Positions 36,121 to 44,961 of a stretch of 64,000 nt of DNA are shown piece by piece. The stretch is taken from the NCBI GenBank assembly GCA_043803105.1, contig JAZDKJ010000006.1, positions 320,001-384,000 of the forward strand, read 5' to 3'. Source of the stretch: Candidatus Woesearchaeota archaeon. Its GTDB lineage: Archaea; Nanobdellota; Nanobdellia; Woesearchaeales; JAZDKJ01. Both the position numbers and the translations under genes were made by a program. Under the pieces are notes generated by a model that was given only the letters and a program-made list of their open reading frames with translations, searched no databases and had not been told where the DNA came from. Each line of letters starts with the position of its first letter. Within the stretch, counting starts at the first letter, position 1.

Positions 36121-37305
36121 ATGGCTAAATTGACTTTCCAGGACCTTAAATTTGAAGAGAAAAAAGATTCATTAAGAGTCTGGTTTCTTAGGATATTTTA
36201 CTTCGACCTGGAAAAGCCTGTCTTAGGTGATGCCAAAGCATCAGAGCATTCTATTGAATTTCCTGGGCTTGATGAATCTTCTGCCAGGAGAAGGTTCGAT
36301 TCTCTAATGAGCCTTGGCTTTGCAGGATTGAAGAACAGTCTGACAGGAAAGCCGACCATCTACATACATAAGAACAGCGGAATCCCGCTCATCGGCAATA
36401 TCAGTTTTGGTATCATCGACAGGAACAGCTCACTAATCGAGGTGAAGCCAATAACAGGATGCAATCTCAAATGCATCTTCTGCTCTGTTGACCAGGACAA
36501 ACGCCTTTATGATTTTGTTGTGGAGAAGGATTATCTTGTACAAGAGCTAAGAAAACTTGTGGAAATGAAGCAGCAAAAAGGTTTGGAGATCCACATAAAT
36601 TCCCACGGAGAGCCATCGTATTATGCACCCTTGAGAGAGTTCGTACAAGAAGTTTCAAAATGGCCTGAAATCCAGACCATCTCAATTGATACAAACGCCA
36701 CTCTCCTCACAGAAATAGTTGTAGACAATTTGGCAAAGGCAGGTCTAACAAGATTCAATGTATCCCTCAACGCGATTGACAGCGAGACAGCAAGAAAAAT
36801 GGCTGGTTGTAACTACGACGTAAGTAAGATCAAGAATATTTGTAAACACATAACTAAGGTATCACAATTGCTTATTGCCCCTGTGCTCGTGCCAGGCTTC
36901 AATGAAGATGAAATGCCAAAGCTGATTGAATTTGCAGACAGCTTGAAATCAAAGATAGGCATCCAGAACTTCCTGAGCTACAAGACAGGCAAGCACCCGG
37001 GAAAGCCTTACCAGATGAAAAAGTTCTTTGAGATCTTAAAAAATCTACAAGAAGCAACCAATATCAAGCTCATCTTTGACGAGAATGATTTCAGCATAAA
37101 GAGAACAAAGCCCCTTCCCAAGCCCTTCAAGAAGGGTCAGAAGATTGAAGCTGTTTTGCTCTGTCCAGGTAGACTTGCTCATGAGATGATTGCTGCTGCA
37201 AAAGGCAGGAACATTACCATAAAGGACACTGATAGGATAGGGATTGCAACAATAAGAATCACAGGAGACAAGCACAATATTTTCTACGGTTCAGTCTCTA
37301 AGTGA
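36121..37305 (+). CDS. Radical SAM protein with C-terminal TRAM-like region (COG2100-like)
   Basis: IPLIG..SFGIIDR, GCNLKCIFCSVD, GEP, APV.VPG.N. Confidence 0.88.
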   Translation: MAKLTFQDLKFEEKKDSLRVWFLRIFYFDLEKPVLGDAKASEHSIEFPGLDESSARRRFDSLMSLGFAGLKNSLTGKPTIYIHKNSGIPLIGNISFGIIDRNSSLIEVKPITGCNLKCIFCSVDQDKRLYDFVVEKDYLVQELRKLVEMKQQKGLEIHINSHGEPSYYAPLREFVQEVSKWPEIQTISIDTNATLLTEIVVDNLAKAGLTRFNVSLNAIDSETARKMAGCNYDVSKIKNICKHITKVSQLLIAPVLVPGFNEDEMPKLIEFADSLKSKIGIQNFLSYKTGKHPGKPYQMKKFFEILKNLQEATNIKLIFDENDFSIKRTKPLPKPFKKGQKIEAVLLCPGRLAHEMIAAAKGRNITIKDTDRIGIATIRITGDKHNIFYGSVSK

Positions 37306-37882
37306 TTATGCTTTCGCCATAGTCAACCCCATTGTACTGCGCTTCATACAATTGCCCGCTTCCGGTTCTCGTGAAGCTTATTCCTATTATGCCGGGGTTT
37401 GGCTTCTTTACATTCAGATAATCCTTGGTTGATTGTATGTCCTTCCAAAAGATTGTTATTGGCTTTGGACCGCAATCAGCGAGCACATTTTCCTTTTTTA
37501 CATAGAAGCTTCTTTGCAGTAGTGTGTAATCTCTCGCTTTAGGCTTGTCTTCCTTTCCAGAATATATGCCTACCATTATGTTTCCTTCAACAGGGATTAT
37601 GTTGCCTTGGTCGTCTGTGGGTAGCACCCTGAAGCTGAATCCCTCTGCTGTCTTGTTTATATGAGTGTCAAACAGCGTGACATGTATCTTTGTTATGTCC
37701 TGAGGCTGTAACGTGCTCGTACATTCCTTTGGCACCTCAGCAGGCTTCTGGTCAGGTATTGTCTCCTTTGTCACAACATTCTGCCTTGCGTTTGGTATTA
37801 CCTGCTGTAATACCGGCTTGTCTGTTGTGCAGCCAATTACCAGCACTAAGAACAAAAGCAGTGCAAAAACAATCTTACGCAT
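37298..37882 (-). CDS. Putative lipoprotein
   Basis: MRK plus hydrophobic stretch plus LVIGC lipobox. Confidence 0.7.
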   Translation of the reverse strand: MRKIVFALLLFLVLVIGCTTDKPVLQQVIPNARQNVVTKETIPDQKPAEVPKECTSTLQPQDITKIHVTLFDTHINKTAEGFSFRVLPTDDQGNIIPVEGNIMVGIYSGKEDKPKARDYTLLQRSFYVKKENVLADCGPKPITIFWKDIQSTKDYLNVKKPNPGIIGISFTRTGSGQLYEAQYNGVDYGESIIT

Positions 37883-37894
37883 GGTCTCCCCCCT

Positions 37895-38431
37895 TTATGC
37901 TACCTTTTTTATGTACACTTCTTTGGAGCTGGTGCCAGATACCTCGATTTCAGTTCCCTTGAACTGGTCCTTGTAAGAGGTAAAGTCTGCCATTATTCTG
38001 CAAGCCCTTCTTGTATCTTGGGCATTGAGCCCAGCTACAATTATTGATATCGATTTAGGAGTCTCAAAAAGCTTTACCATTGCAGTTCCTGGCTTGAATC
38101 CTTCCATGCAGTCTGCTGGAAAGCCCATTAGTTTGGCTGCTACAGGGTTTGCGCACGGCCCTCCCACTACTATCATGTTCTGTGATCCAACGTCTGTTAT
38201 TTCAGAAGCAAGCATTGATGCGCTCTCAATCCGTTTCGCGCTATAGAACTGCAGGCTTGTTGCTATGTCAACCGCGCCTATGGCATCAGCTATGTCTGCA
38301 TTATCACCGATAACGAAAGTGACGTCTACCACTCCTGCATTTGTGAGGAATGTTGGGTAATCGGAAAAGTCTGCAGCACAAGCAATATTTGCGGCGAGAA
38401 TAAGGACGATAATCACTGCAATCATGTTCAT
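37895..38431 (-). CDS. Small S-layer-related protein (N- and C-terminal S-layer segments only)
   Basis: DFSDYP...VIGDNA..AD.IGAVDIA.SLQ joined to LASEI....QNMIVVGGPCAN; directly similar to the neighbouring S-layer protein. Confidence 0.85.
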   Translation of the reverse strand: MNMIAVIIVLILAANIACAADFSDYPTFLTNAGVVDVTFVIGDNADIADAIGAVDIATSLQFYSAKRIESASMLASEITDVGSQNMIVVGGPCANPVAAKLMGFPADCMEGFKPGTAMVKLFETPKSISIIVAGLNAQDTRRACRIMADFTSYKDQFKGTEIEVSGTSSKEVYIKKVA

Positions 38432-38507
38432 ATGTCGATTCTTATCGCTCTTACTATATAATTTTTTCGCATTAAAGAAAAAATAAAAAAAAAGAAAAAA
38501 AAGCCGT

Positions 38508-40934
38508 TTAGGCTACAGCCGTAACTGTTATATCAGTCAAGCTTGTTCCGCTAACCTGCACTTCGGTTCCAGTGAGCTTATACTGGGCATAGTTTGCCAG
38601 CACTCTGCTCGCCCTATGGGTGTCAAGCGCTGTTCCACCTGCTACAAGCATGGCAACCTTTGTGCCCTCCTCGTAGAGCTTGAGCATTGCTTTGCCTTCG
38701 CTAAAGCCTGCCAAGCATGCCGGTACAGCCTGCTCCACTCCCATGACCTTTGCTGCTATTGCGTTTGCGCAAGGTCCGCCAACCACAATCATGTTCTGCG
38801 CTGTGATATCGCTCACTTCTGATGCGAGTTTCGCAGTGCCGACCTGTATTGGGGTATAGGTCGTGGTGGTTCCAGCGCCTGTTCCAGCCTGGACTACTGT
38901 TGTCACTCCAGATGTCACGAATGCGTTGGCAACTGCCTCCTGACCAGGGTAGCTTATGCTAATTGTGTGCTGGTCTGGGTTTGAGTCAAACTCTACGTAT
39001 GAGCCAAAGCTCGTGTACGCGGTCTGGAAGTTGTTCTTGCTGTCCCATGTTTGTAGGCTGAAGTATGTGTCACCGCTTGTTGGTGTTCCTGCCTGCAATG
39101 GTGTGCTTGAGGTTGTTCCCGAGCGCGAGACGTTCACAGTTATTGCTTTTACAGCACTTGTTGAGTCGTCTCTTGACCTTCCTGGGTACTCAGTCACGTT
39201 AAAGATGCAAGAGCTTCCAGCATCTTTTATCTGGACCTTTGCTTCTCCCGGCGTGTACAGTACTGCTCCATCATCTCCCATTGAGGTTGTGATGTTCAGC
39301 CTGCTGTTGGTGTAGTCAGCCTTGAAGTCATAGGCATACCCGTCCAGGTAGAATGTTCCTGCACCTGATGTTGTTGACACTTCGAAGCTGTCTCCTGTGC
39401 CCAGGTCCTTGAACTTGACCTTGTTGGTTGTTCCTGTCGTGAAGCTGTCCACTTCTAACAAGTGGCTGAACCTGTTGCTGCTCACGATGAACTGGTCGTT
39501 CTGTCGGATAGGTGTTGCAATTGCCGTTATTATCTTGTGGCTATCGTCCTTTCCTAGGTTGCATGCTACAGCGTCTGTGTTTGTGTAGAATGCATAGAAG
39601 TTCAGATCTCCACCTGTCTTTGTTGGCATTTGGACCCTATACTTGGTTGTTGCTCCAGACCTCAGGTTGATTGCTTCCGGTGTTCCGAAATCAACGCCCG
39701 CTAGCTCAAAGTCAAGGTTTTGCAAGAAGAGTTTTCCCTTCTCATCGCTCGTTAGCCTGTCAGACAACTTTCCACTAGCTGGGACAAACACGTTGTCTGT
39801 GGCATTCCACATGACTTCGATCTTGCTGATTCTTATCTCAGCTGCGCTTGTGGTGGCAACAATGTCCGCCTTGACGCCGCTGACTTCTTCAGAGCCAACA
39901 GTCAGTGTTCCTTGGTTTGTGCCTCCTGCGCCAAACTTGCTGTCTGCTATCTCGACTTTTGACGCACCGAGATAGAATTCAACAAGCCTTGAGCCTCCTG
40001 CGAAGTCCTGTGACAAGAGTGTCTTGACACCGATTTCAGTGCCGTCCTTCAGCTTGAAGGTTGTTCCTTCTTGCAGCTTGTCTGTTACCTCGCCGTTGAC
40101 TTTGAAGAGTACGTCACTGCCTGTTATGATAGTGACTTCAACCTCGTAGTCAACTCCGTTGATGGTATAGGTTTTTGTTTCCCCTTCACTTAGTGTGTCA
40201 AGGATTGCCCCTCCCATCAAGGTTAAGGTTCCTGTGCTATTGTCTGTGCTTATTACTGTATATTCTTTGCCCATCAAGGTCATTTTCTTGTTGTCCAGGT
40301 CTTTCCAGTGATCCACATTGGCTGCTGTTGAGGTTGTCACAATGTCAGACCGAAGCGCTGTCGGGAATGACAGCCTATAAGTGTATACCTTGTAGTTGTC
40401 GAGGAACTCAAGGTATAAGGCTGGGTCATCCGCTTGGTCGCTGTCTATTGTATAGACCACAGACGAATTGTCAGGCATATCAATGTACTGGTTGTAGGTA
40501 AAGGTTCCTTTTGCGTTTGTGATGACTCCATCAGCAAGTGCTTTCAGGTCACTTTTATCAACAACGGTTACAGGGCCTCCCCTGCTTCCTGCTCCCGAGA
40601 GTTGTTCTCCTAGGTTCAGCTTGTCGCCTGATTTCTCAACTTTGAAGGCGTCCCCTTCAACAGTCGTAGTTACCCCTGTGCTTCCTGTCACTGTGGTGCT
40701 TGTCTTGGATGCTTGTTGCAAAGATACTGCGATGTCTATAGCACCTACAACATCTTCACCAGCAGCCTGGTCGCCAACTACAATAATACCATCAAACTTC
40801 CCTTCCTTAATGAAAAGGGGGCTTGGGTACTGGCTCAAATCAGCCGCTGCGAGTGCACCCAAAAGAGTTGCTCCTACCATGGTTACTCCTGTTCCTAGAG
40901 CAACTACTTTCTTCATCACTCTTTTTATTTTCAT
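38508..40934 (-). CDS. S-layer protein
   Basis: MKIKRVMKKVVALGTG..MVGATL..A.AADL..YP, VVG..A...DV.GA.DI, LASE, IVVGGPCAN; Thr/Ser-rich; GGAGGTG ribosome-binding site; long T-run downstream. Confidence 0.9.
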   Translation of the reverse strand: MKIKRVMKKVVALGTGVTMVGATLLGALAAADLSQYPSPLFIKEGKFDGIIVVGDQAAGEDVVGAIDIAVSLQQASKTSTTVTGSTGVTTTVEGDAFKVEKSGDKLNLGEQLSGAGSRGGPVTVVDKSDLKALADGVITNAKGTFTYNQYIDMPDNSSVVYTIDSDQADDPALYLEFLDNYKVYTYRLSFPTALRSDIVTTSTAANVDHWKDLDNKKMTLMGKEYTVISTDNSTGTLTLMGGAILDTLSEGETKTYTINGVDYEVEVTIITGSDVLFKVNGEVTDKLQEGTTFKLKDGTEIGVKTLLSQDFAGGSRLVEFYLGASKVEIADSKFGAGGTNQGTLTVGSEEVSGVKADIVATTSAAEIRISKIEVMWNATDNVFVPASGKLSDRLTSDEKGKLFLQNLDFELAGVDFGTPEAINLRSGATTKYRVQMPTKTGGDLNFYAFYTNTDAVACNLGKDDSHKIITAIATPIRQNDQFIVSSNRFSHLLEVDSFTTGTTNKVKFKDLGTGDSFEVSTTSGAGTFYLDGYAYDFKADYTNSRLNITTSMGDDGAVLYTPGEAKVQIKDAGSSCIFNVTEYPGRSRDDSTSAVKAITVNVSRSGTTSSTPLQAGTPTSGDTYFSLQTWDSKNNFQTAYTSFGSYVEFDSNPDQHTISISYPGQEAVANAFVTSGVTTVVQAGTGAGTTTTYTPIQVGTAKLASEVSDITAQNMIVVGGPCANAIAAKVMGVEQAVPACLAGFSEGKAMLKLYEEGTKVAMLVAGGTALDTHRASRVLANYAQYKLTGTEVQVSGTSLTDITVTAVA

Positions 40935-41299
40935 CTAAACACCTCCGTGTTTATATTTTGGCTATCTTTACCTTGTAATAAGGCAAGTTCCTCCCAAAAC
41001 CTTGGCCTTGGTAACACTCTCACACACCTTTAGTCTTGCTACCAAACCCTATAGTTATGGTTGGGTTCTCAGTACTAGAACGCCACTGCTTTATAAAATT
41101 TTCGCAAGAATGTCGTCAAGAAAACCGTACCAAATGGGGTTATAGCCCTTCTAGAGCCATAATCCTGAGGTTTCAGCATGTTATTACTATAAAATGGTCT
41201 GACAGGCCTTTACAGCGTATTTTTGACTGATTTTACATATGGATAGGCTGACTGGCTAAGAACCCAAAAAAATGGCTTTGTAGGCTGTCTCCGGCCTTG

Positions 41300-41486
41300 T
41301 GAAATCAGTGCCTTTCCAAAAATGTCAGGATTTTCCATCCAGTCTCTGACTGGTGGCAAGCAAGGCTTGCAATGGGCAGCACCAATCCAGAAAATCCTGA
41401 GCACTAAGAACCGCCAGAAAGTTAGTTTGCAGCAAAGTGACCAATCGCCTAGGAATCCCGCCAGTCTATGAGTGGCGGTTCTTTAG
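41300..41486. other. Intergenic element with two large stem-loops
   Basis: Perfect 11-bp inverted repeats TCAGGATTTTC/GAAAATCCTGA (41325-41400) and AAGAACCGCCA/TGGCGGTTCTT (41406-41483). Confidence 0.5.
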
Positions 41487-41487
41487 T

Positions 41488-42009
41488 TTAGTTGATTCTG
41501 TTCAAGGTGTTGATGTATGGGCACTTTAAGGAAATCTTGTGGATTCGTTTCTTTATGTGGTCATAGTAATATGCCTTGATTGAAATCGTGTAGTCACTGC
41601 CTATGCTTCCAGAAATCTTCTTTTCCTGGGCTTTATACTGCCATTTGCGTTCTTTTCTTGCTTTTTTTATCAAGATAAGCAATGAAACTCCTTCTCCATC
41701 AATTTTCAACGATTTTTTGTCGCAATCAGTCAAACCATCCAGTTTTCCTATGTGTGAATGATAATCTCCCACTCTGCTATATTTTGATATCAGGCAATTA
41801 GTTCTGTTTATCCTTTTCTCATATTTGTCATCAACTGTTATCTCCTTCTTCTTGCGCTCTGCTGTCTGATGTGTTATGGCATACTTTATCACGTACGAGT
41901 TACCCTTTCTTCTGCCTATCAGAATTCCGCAGGTCTCTTTGTCATAGACCTCTACTGCACTCGTTAGTATCCCTAAAAGTGCACCCTCTTCTATCACCAC
42001 GCTGCGCAT
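41488..42009 (-). CDS. JAB/MPN (JAMM) domain protein
   Basis: KETCGILIG and VGDYHSH-x7-T-x2-D. Confidence 0.82.
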   Translation of the reverse strand: MRSVVIEEGALLGILTSAVEVYDKETCGILIGRRKGNSYVIKYAITHQTAERKKKEITVDDKYEKRINRTNCLISKYSRVGDYHSHIGKLDGLTDCDKKSLKIDGEGVSLLILIKKARKERKWQYKAQEKKISGSIGSDYTISIKAYYYDHIKKRIHKISLKCPYINTLNRIN

Positions 42010-42096
42010 CCTTCCTAAAGAAATTTCAGAGGATTTTAAGCATTGCGCTTTTGTGAGTGAAAATCTCAGAATTATATATGAAAATAATTGGTTGTT

Positions 42097-42693
42097 TTAC
42101 CTTGAGCTATCTGCCTGTCTTTCCAATTCGTTCTTTTTGGCTATTGCTGCAGAGTTTGGGCTCAGGTGGTATGCATTAACAATCTCTTCAGTGAGCGCCA
42201 TTACAATGCTTTTCTTGGAATTAAAGGATTTTACATATGCCCCTTGTGTCATGTATCTTAAGGCTATGTCCACCCTTCTTTGCGGCGCGCACTCAACTGC
42301 CTTTGGATACCTTGCGCCCCCGTATTCTATTGTTACTATCTCTTCTCTTGGTGCAGCATTCTCCAGCGCCTTGACAAACACCTCAATGGGGTTCTTCTTT
42401 GTCTGTTTCTCAATTTCCTGGAACGCGTCCTGGACTATGTTGTACGCTGTATGTGCCTTTCCGGTAATATGGCTGCTTGACTTGTGGTGCTTTTTTCCCT
42501 TATGGCCTGGAATCATTATCTTGTTTATCAGCCTCTCAACGATTAGCACCCTTGATTTGTGGAATCTTGCAGTAGCATATCTTGCCCCTGTCTTTGGGAC
42601 ATACTTTGGCTCTAGCGCTATGTATCCCTGTAAGCCTTGGTCCCCTACCTTGATGCCTTCAGTGCCCCACTTGTTGAAAAGCTTAACTTCCAT
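42097..42693 (-). CDS. rps7: 30S ribosomal protein S7
   Basis: KLFNKW, IVERLIN, NAAPREE, RRVDIALR, AIAKK.ELER.A.SSR. Confidence 0.97.
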   Translation of the reverse strand: MEVKLFNKWGTEGIKVGDQGLQGYIALEPKYVPKTGARYATARFHKSRVLIVERLINKIMIPGHKGKKHHKSSSHITGKAHTAYNIVQDAFQEIEKQTKKNPIEVFVKALENAAPREEIVTIEYGGARYPKAVECAPQRRVDIALRYMTQGAYVKSFNSKKSIVMALTEEIVNAYHLSPNSAAIAKKNELERQADSSR

Positions 42694-42694
42694 T

Positions 42695-43132
42695 TTACTT
42701 TCTTGCCTTCTCTATCCTGCCCTGCAATAATGCTAGGAGTGATTGGTCGTTTATCTTGATGACTTGCCACCTTACCCCAGGTATGTCTCCCTTCGCTCTT
42801 CCCATCTTTCCGCCGATGCACTCAATGAGCACCTCGTCGTGCTCGTCAAGCATCTTTGATGCAGCATCTCCTGGAACAAATGCTGTGACCTGCCTTCCGT
42901 TCTTGATTAGCTGTACCCTTACGCATTTTCTCATGGCTGAGTTTGGCTGTTTTGCCTCAAGCTGGATCTTTTCCAGCACTATTCCCTTTGCCTGGCTTGC
43001 TCCCTGCAATGGGTCTGACTTCTTCTTGAGGTTGAGCGCTCTCTTTATGTATCTCCTGCTTGACCAGCGTGACTTCTTTCTTCGTTTTACAAGCTTTTTT
43101 GCGCTGTTTATTCCTGATGGTTTTTTTCCCAT
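42695..43132 (-). CDS. rps12: 30S ribosomal protein S12
   Basis: [28 protein letters not shown]. Confidence 0.98.
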   Translation of the reverse strand: MGKKPSGINSAKKLVKRRKKSRWSSRRYIKRALNLKKKSDPLQGASQAKGIVLEKIQLEAKQPNSAMRKCVRVQLIKNGRQVTAFVPGDAASKMLDEHDEVLIECIGGKMGRAKGDIPGVRWQVIKINDQSLLALLQGRIEKARK

Positions 43133-43133
43133 T

Positions 43134-43559
43134 TTATATGATCTTAACCTCTGTTATTGGAAAGTGCCTTTTGATTATCCCTTCGAATGCCCTTAGCTGC
43201 TTGGCACTTCTTCCTATGAGATAACCCCTTGTCTGCAAGTCAGGAGAAGTTATTATGATTTTGCCGTCCTGCTCGCTTATCTCCTTCGCCTTGAGCGGAT
43301 GTATCAGATTTCTCGTGAATTGCTTGACATCGGAGTTAAATTCAACTATTTTAAGCTTTCTGTTGAGTGCCTGCTCTATCCGTCGTGCTGTTGAGCCCTT
43401 TGGGCCTATTGCCCGGCTCGCTTCTCCTTCTGCAACCACCACTGTTATCCGGTCAGGTTCAGCGATGCAGTCCTTTACACTGACCATTGTAATGCTCTGG
43501 AAAATGGAGATTATCTTCATGAGGTCAGTGTCAAATTTTATCCTATTCATTCTTTGCAC
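43134..43559 (-). CDS. nusA: Archaeal NusA (KH domains)
   Basis: VKDCI, AIGPKG, KIVEF, LIGR; conserved operon position. Confidence 0.92.
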   Translation of the reverse strand: MQRMNRIKFDTDLMKIISIFQSITMVSVKDCIAEPDRITVVVAEGEASRAIGPKGSTARRIEQALNRKLKIVEFNSDVKQFTRNLIHPLKAKEISEQDGKIIITSPDLQTRGYLIGRSAKQLRAFEGIIKRHFPITEVKII

Positions 43560-43824
43560 TCAAGACAGAAATAGAGAATGGTTTCTTGCATATGACACCA
43601 AGATCGGTCGATGCAAAACCCAGCTCCTCACAAGCCACCTTTCCGATTGAACAATAGTATTGTAAGCTCTTTCTTGTCCTTTCAGGGCAGTTTGATGACA
43701 CATAAACTTTCTTTATTGTGCCTAGTTTTATCCCCTTGATTGCCCTGTCTGTTCCAATCACAGCCTTCTTGGTGCTCATCAATAGCTGCAGTTCCTTCTT
43801 GATGTCTGTTTCTTTGCGTGCCAT
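43543..43824 (-). CDS. rpl30e: 50S ribosomal protein L30e
   Basis: VIG....K, SSNCP, LG..CKKPF.IS. Confidence 0.92.
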   Translation of the reverse strand: MARKETDIKKELQLLMSTKKAVIGTDRAIKGIKLGTIKKVYVSSNCPERTRKSLQYYCSIGKVACEELGFASTDLGVICKKPFSISVLSAKNE

Positions 43825-43825
43825 A

Positions 43826-44959
43826 TTACTTCTTTTCCTTTGTCAATAATCCCGGCAGCCCAGTTCCCACAGGTACTGGCTGGTTGAGCATCACGTTCTC
43901 CACTACTGAGTTGAGCTGGTCTGACTCGCCTGTGAGCGCTGCATTGACAATATGCCTTATAGGGGTCTCAAATGACGCCCTTGCTAGCACGCTTGCTTTC
44001 TCACCCACAACTCCGTAGCGGGTTATTCCCTTGATCTCTCCGCTCCAGCACATTGTGTCTGTGACGAGCATCACGTGTCGTATATCGATATTTAAGCCTT
44101 GTGCCTCAATGACCCTGTAAACCTCGTCTATGACAGCCTGTCTTGCTGCTTCGATTCCCAGCACCTCCGCTATTTCGTGGATGTTGTTGCAAATTGTCCT
44201 TGTCTGGTCAACCCAGCTAAGCTCAAGAACTGTCCTTAGGTTTGTTCCTGCAGTGATTATTATGAACTCCGCACCCCTTTTTACTGGAAGCACCTGCCTT
44301 ATGCCTTTTACTCCCTTGATATATGCCTCCTTTACCTTCTCTTTTATCTTGTATACCTCGTTCAGGTTCTCGTTCTTTTTCTTGGCTTTGACAATTATTC
44401 CGTCTTTTGCAGCCTTGACTGTTCCTTCCTTTAGGCTTTTCTCAAGTACTTTTGTGACCATGCCAAGGTTTAGTCCAAGAATCGACATTTTTTCCTTGCT
44501 AAGTTTCACTTCTATTGTTGATTCTATGACATTGATTAGGAACTCCGATGCTATGTCCTTTAATTTTGTCTCTTTAAGTGAAAGCGCCAGCTCTCTTATG
44601 TCCTTGCCCTTGTTGTATGGTGGTTTCAGATAGACTTCCATCATCGGCGTATCAAGCTCTTTTCTTCCGTCGAGAATCTCAATTATTCTTGGCAGGCCCA
44701 TTGTGACGTTCATCTCTGCAACTCCAGCAAAGTGGAAGGTGTTGAGTGTCATCTGGGTTCCAGGTTCTCCAATCGACTCAGCCGCAATGATGCCCACGCA
44801 TTCTCCTGCGTGAATCTTGGACTGCTCGTACTCCTGGTAAGTGCGCTCCACAATTTTCTTGATCCGTGCCTCGCTTGCGCCTCGCGGCATTTTCTCTTCC
44901 AGTTCCTGCAATATCTTTGGTGGAAGTTTTCCGACATATCTTTTTAGTATTGGGTTCAT
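43826..44959 (-). CDS. rpoA2: RNA polymerase subunit A''
   Basis: [27 protein letters not shown]. Confidence 0.98.
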   Translation of the reverse strand: MNPILKRYVGKLPPKILQELEEKMPRGASEARIKKIVERTYQEYEQSKIHAGECVGIIAAESIGEPGTQMTLNTFHFAGVAEMNVTMGLPRIIEILDGRKELDTPMMEVYLKPPYNKGKDIRELALSLKETKLKDIASEFLINVIESTIEVKLSKEKMSILGLNLGMVTKVLEKSLKEGTVKAAKDGIIVKAKKKNENLNEVYKIKEKVKEAYIKGVKGIRQVLPVKRGAEFIIITAGTNLRTVLELSWVDQTRTICNNIHEIAEVLGIEAARQAVIDEVYRVIEAQGLNIDIRHVMLVTDTMCWSGEIKGITRYGVVGEKASVLARASFETPIRHIVNAALTGESDQLNSVVENVMLNQPVPVGTGLPGLLTKEKK

Positions 44960-44961
44960 TT

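Noticed and set aside
41160-41486. SRP RNA or RNase P RNA
   Set aside because: No helix-8 SRP motif and no GAGGAAAGTCC-type RNase P signature was found by eye
42053-42730. 225-aa plus-strand ORF and similar antisense ORFs over core genes
   Set aside because: Shadows of rps7 and other well-conserved genes
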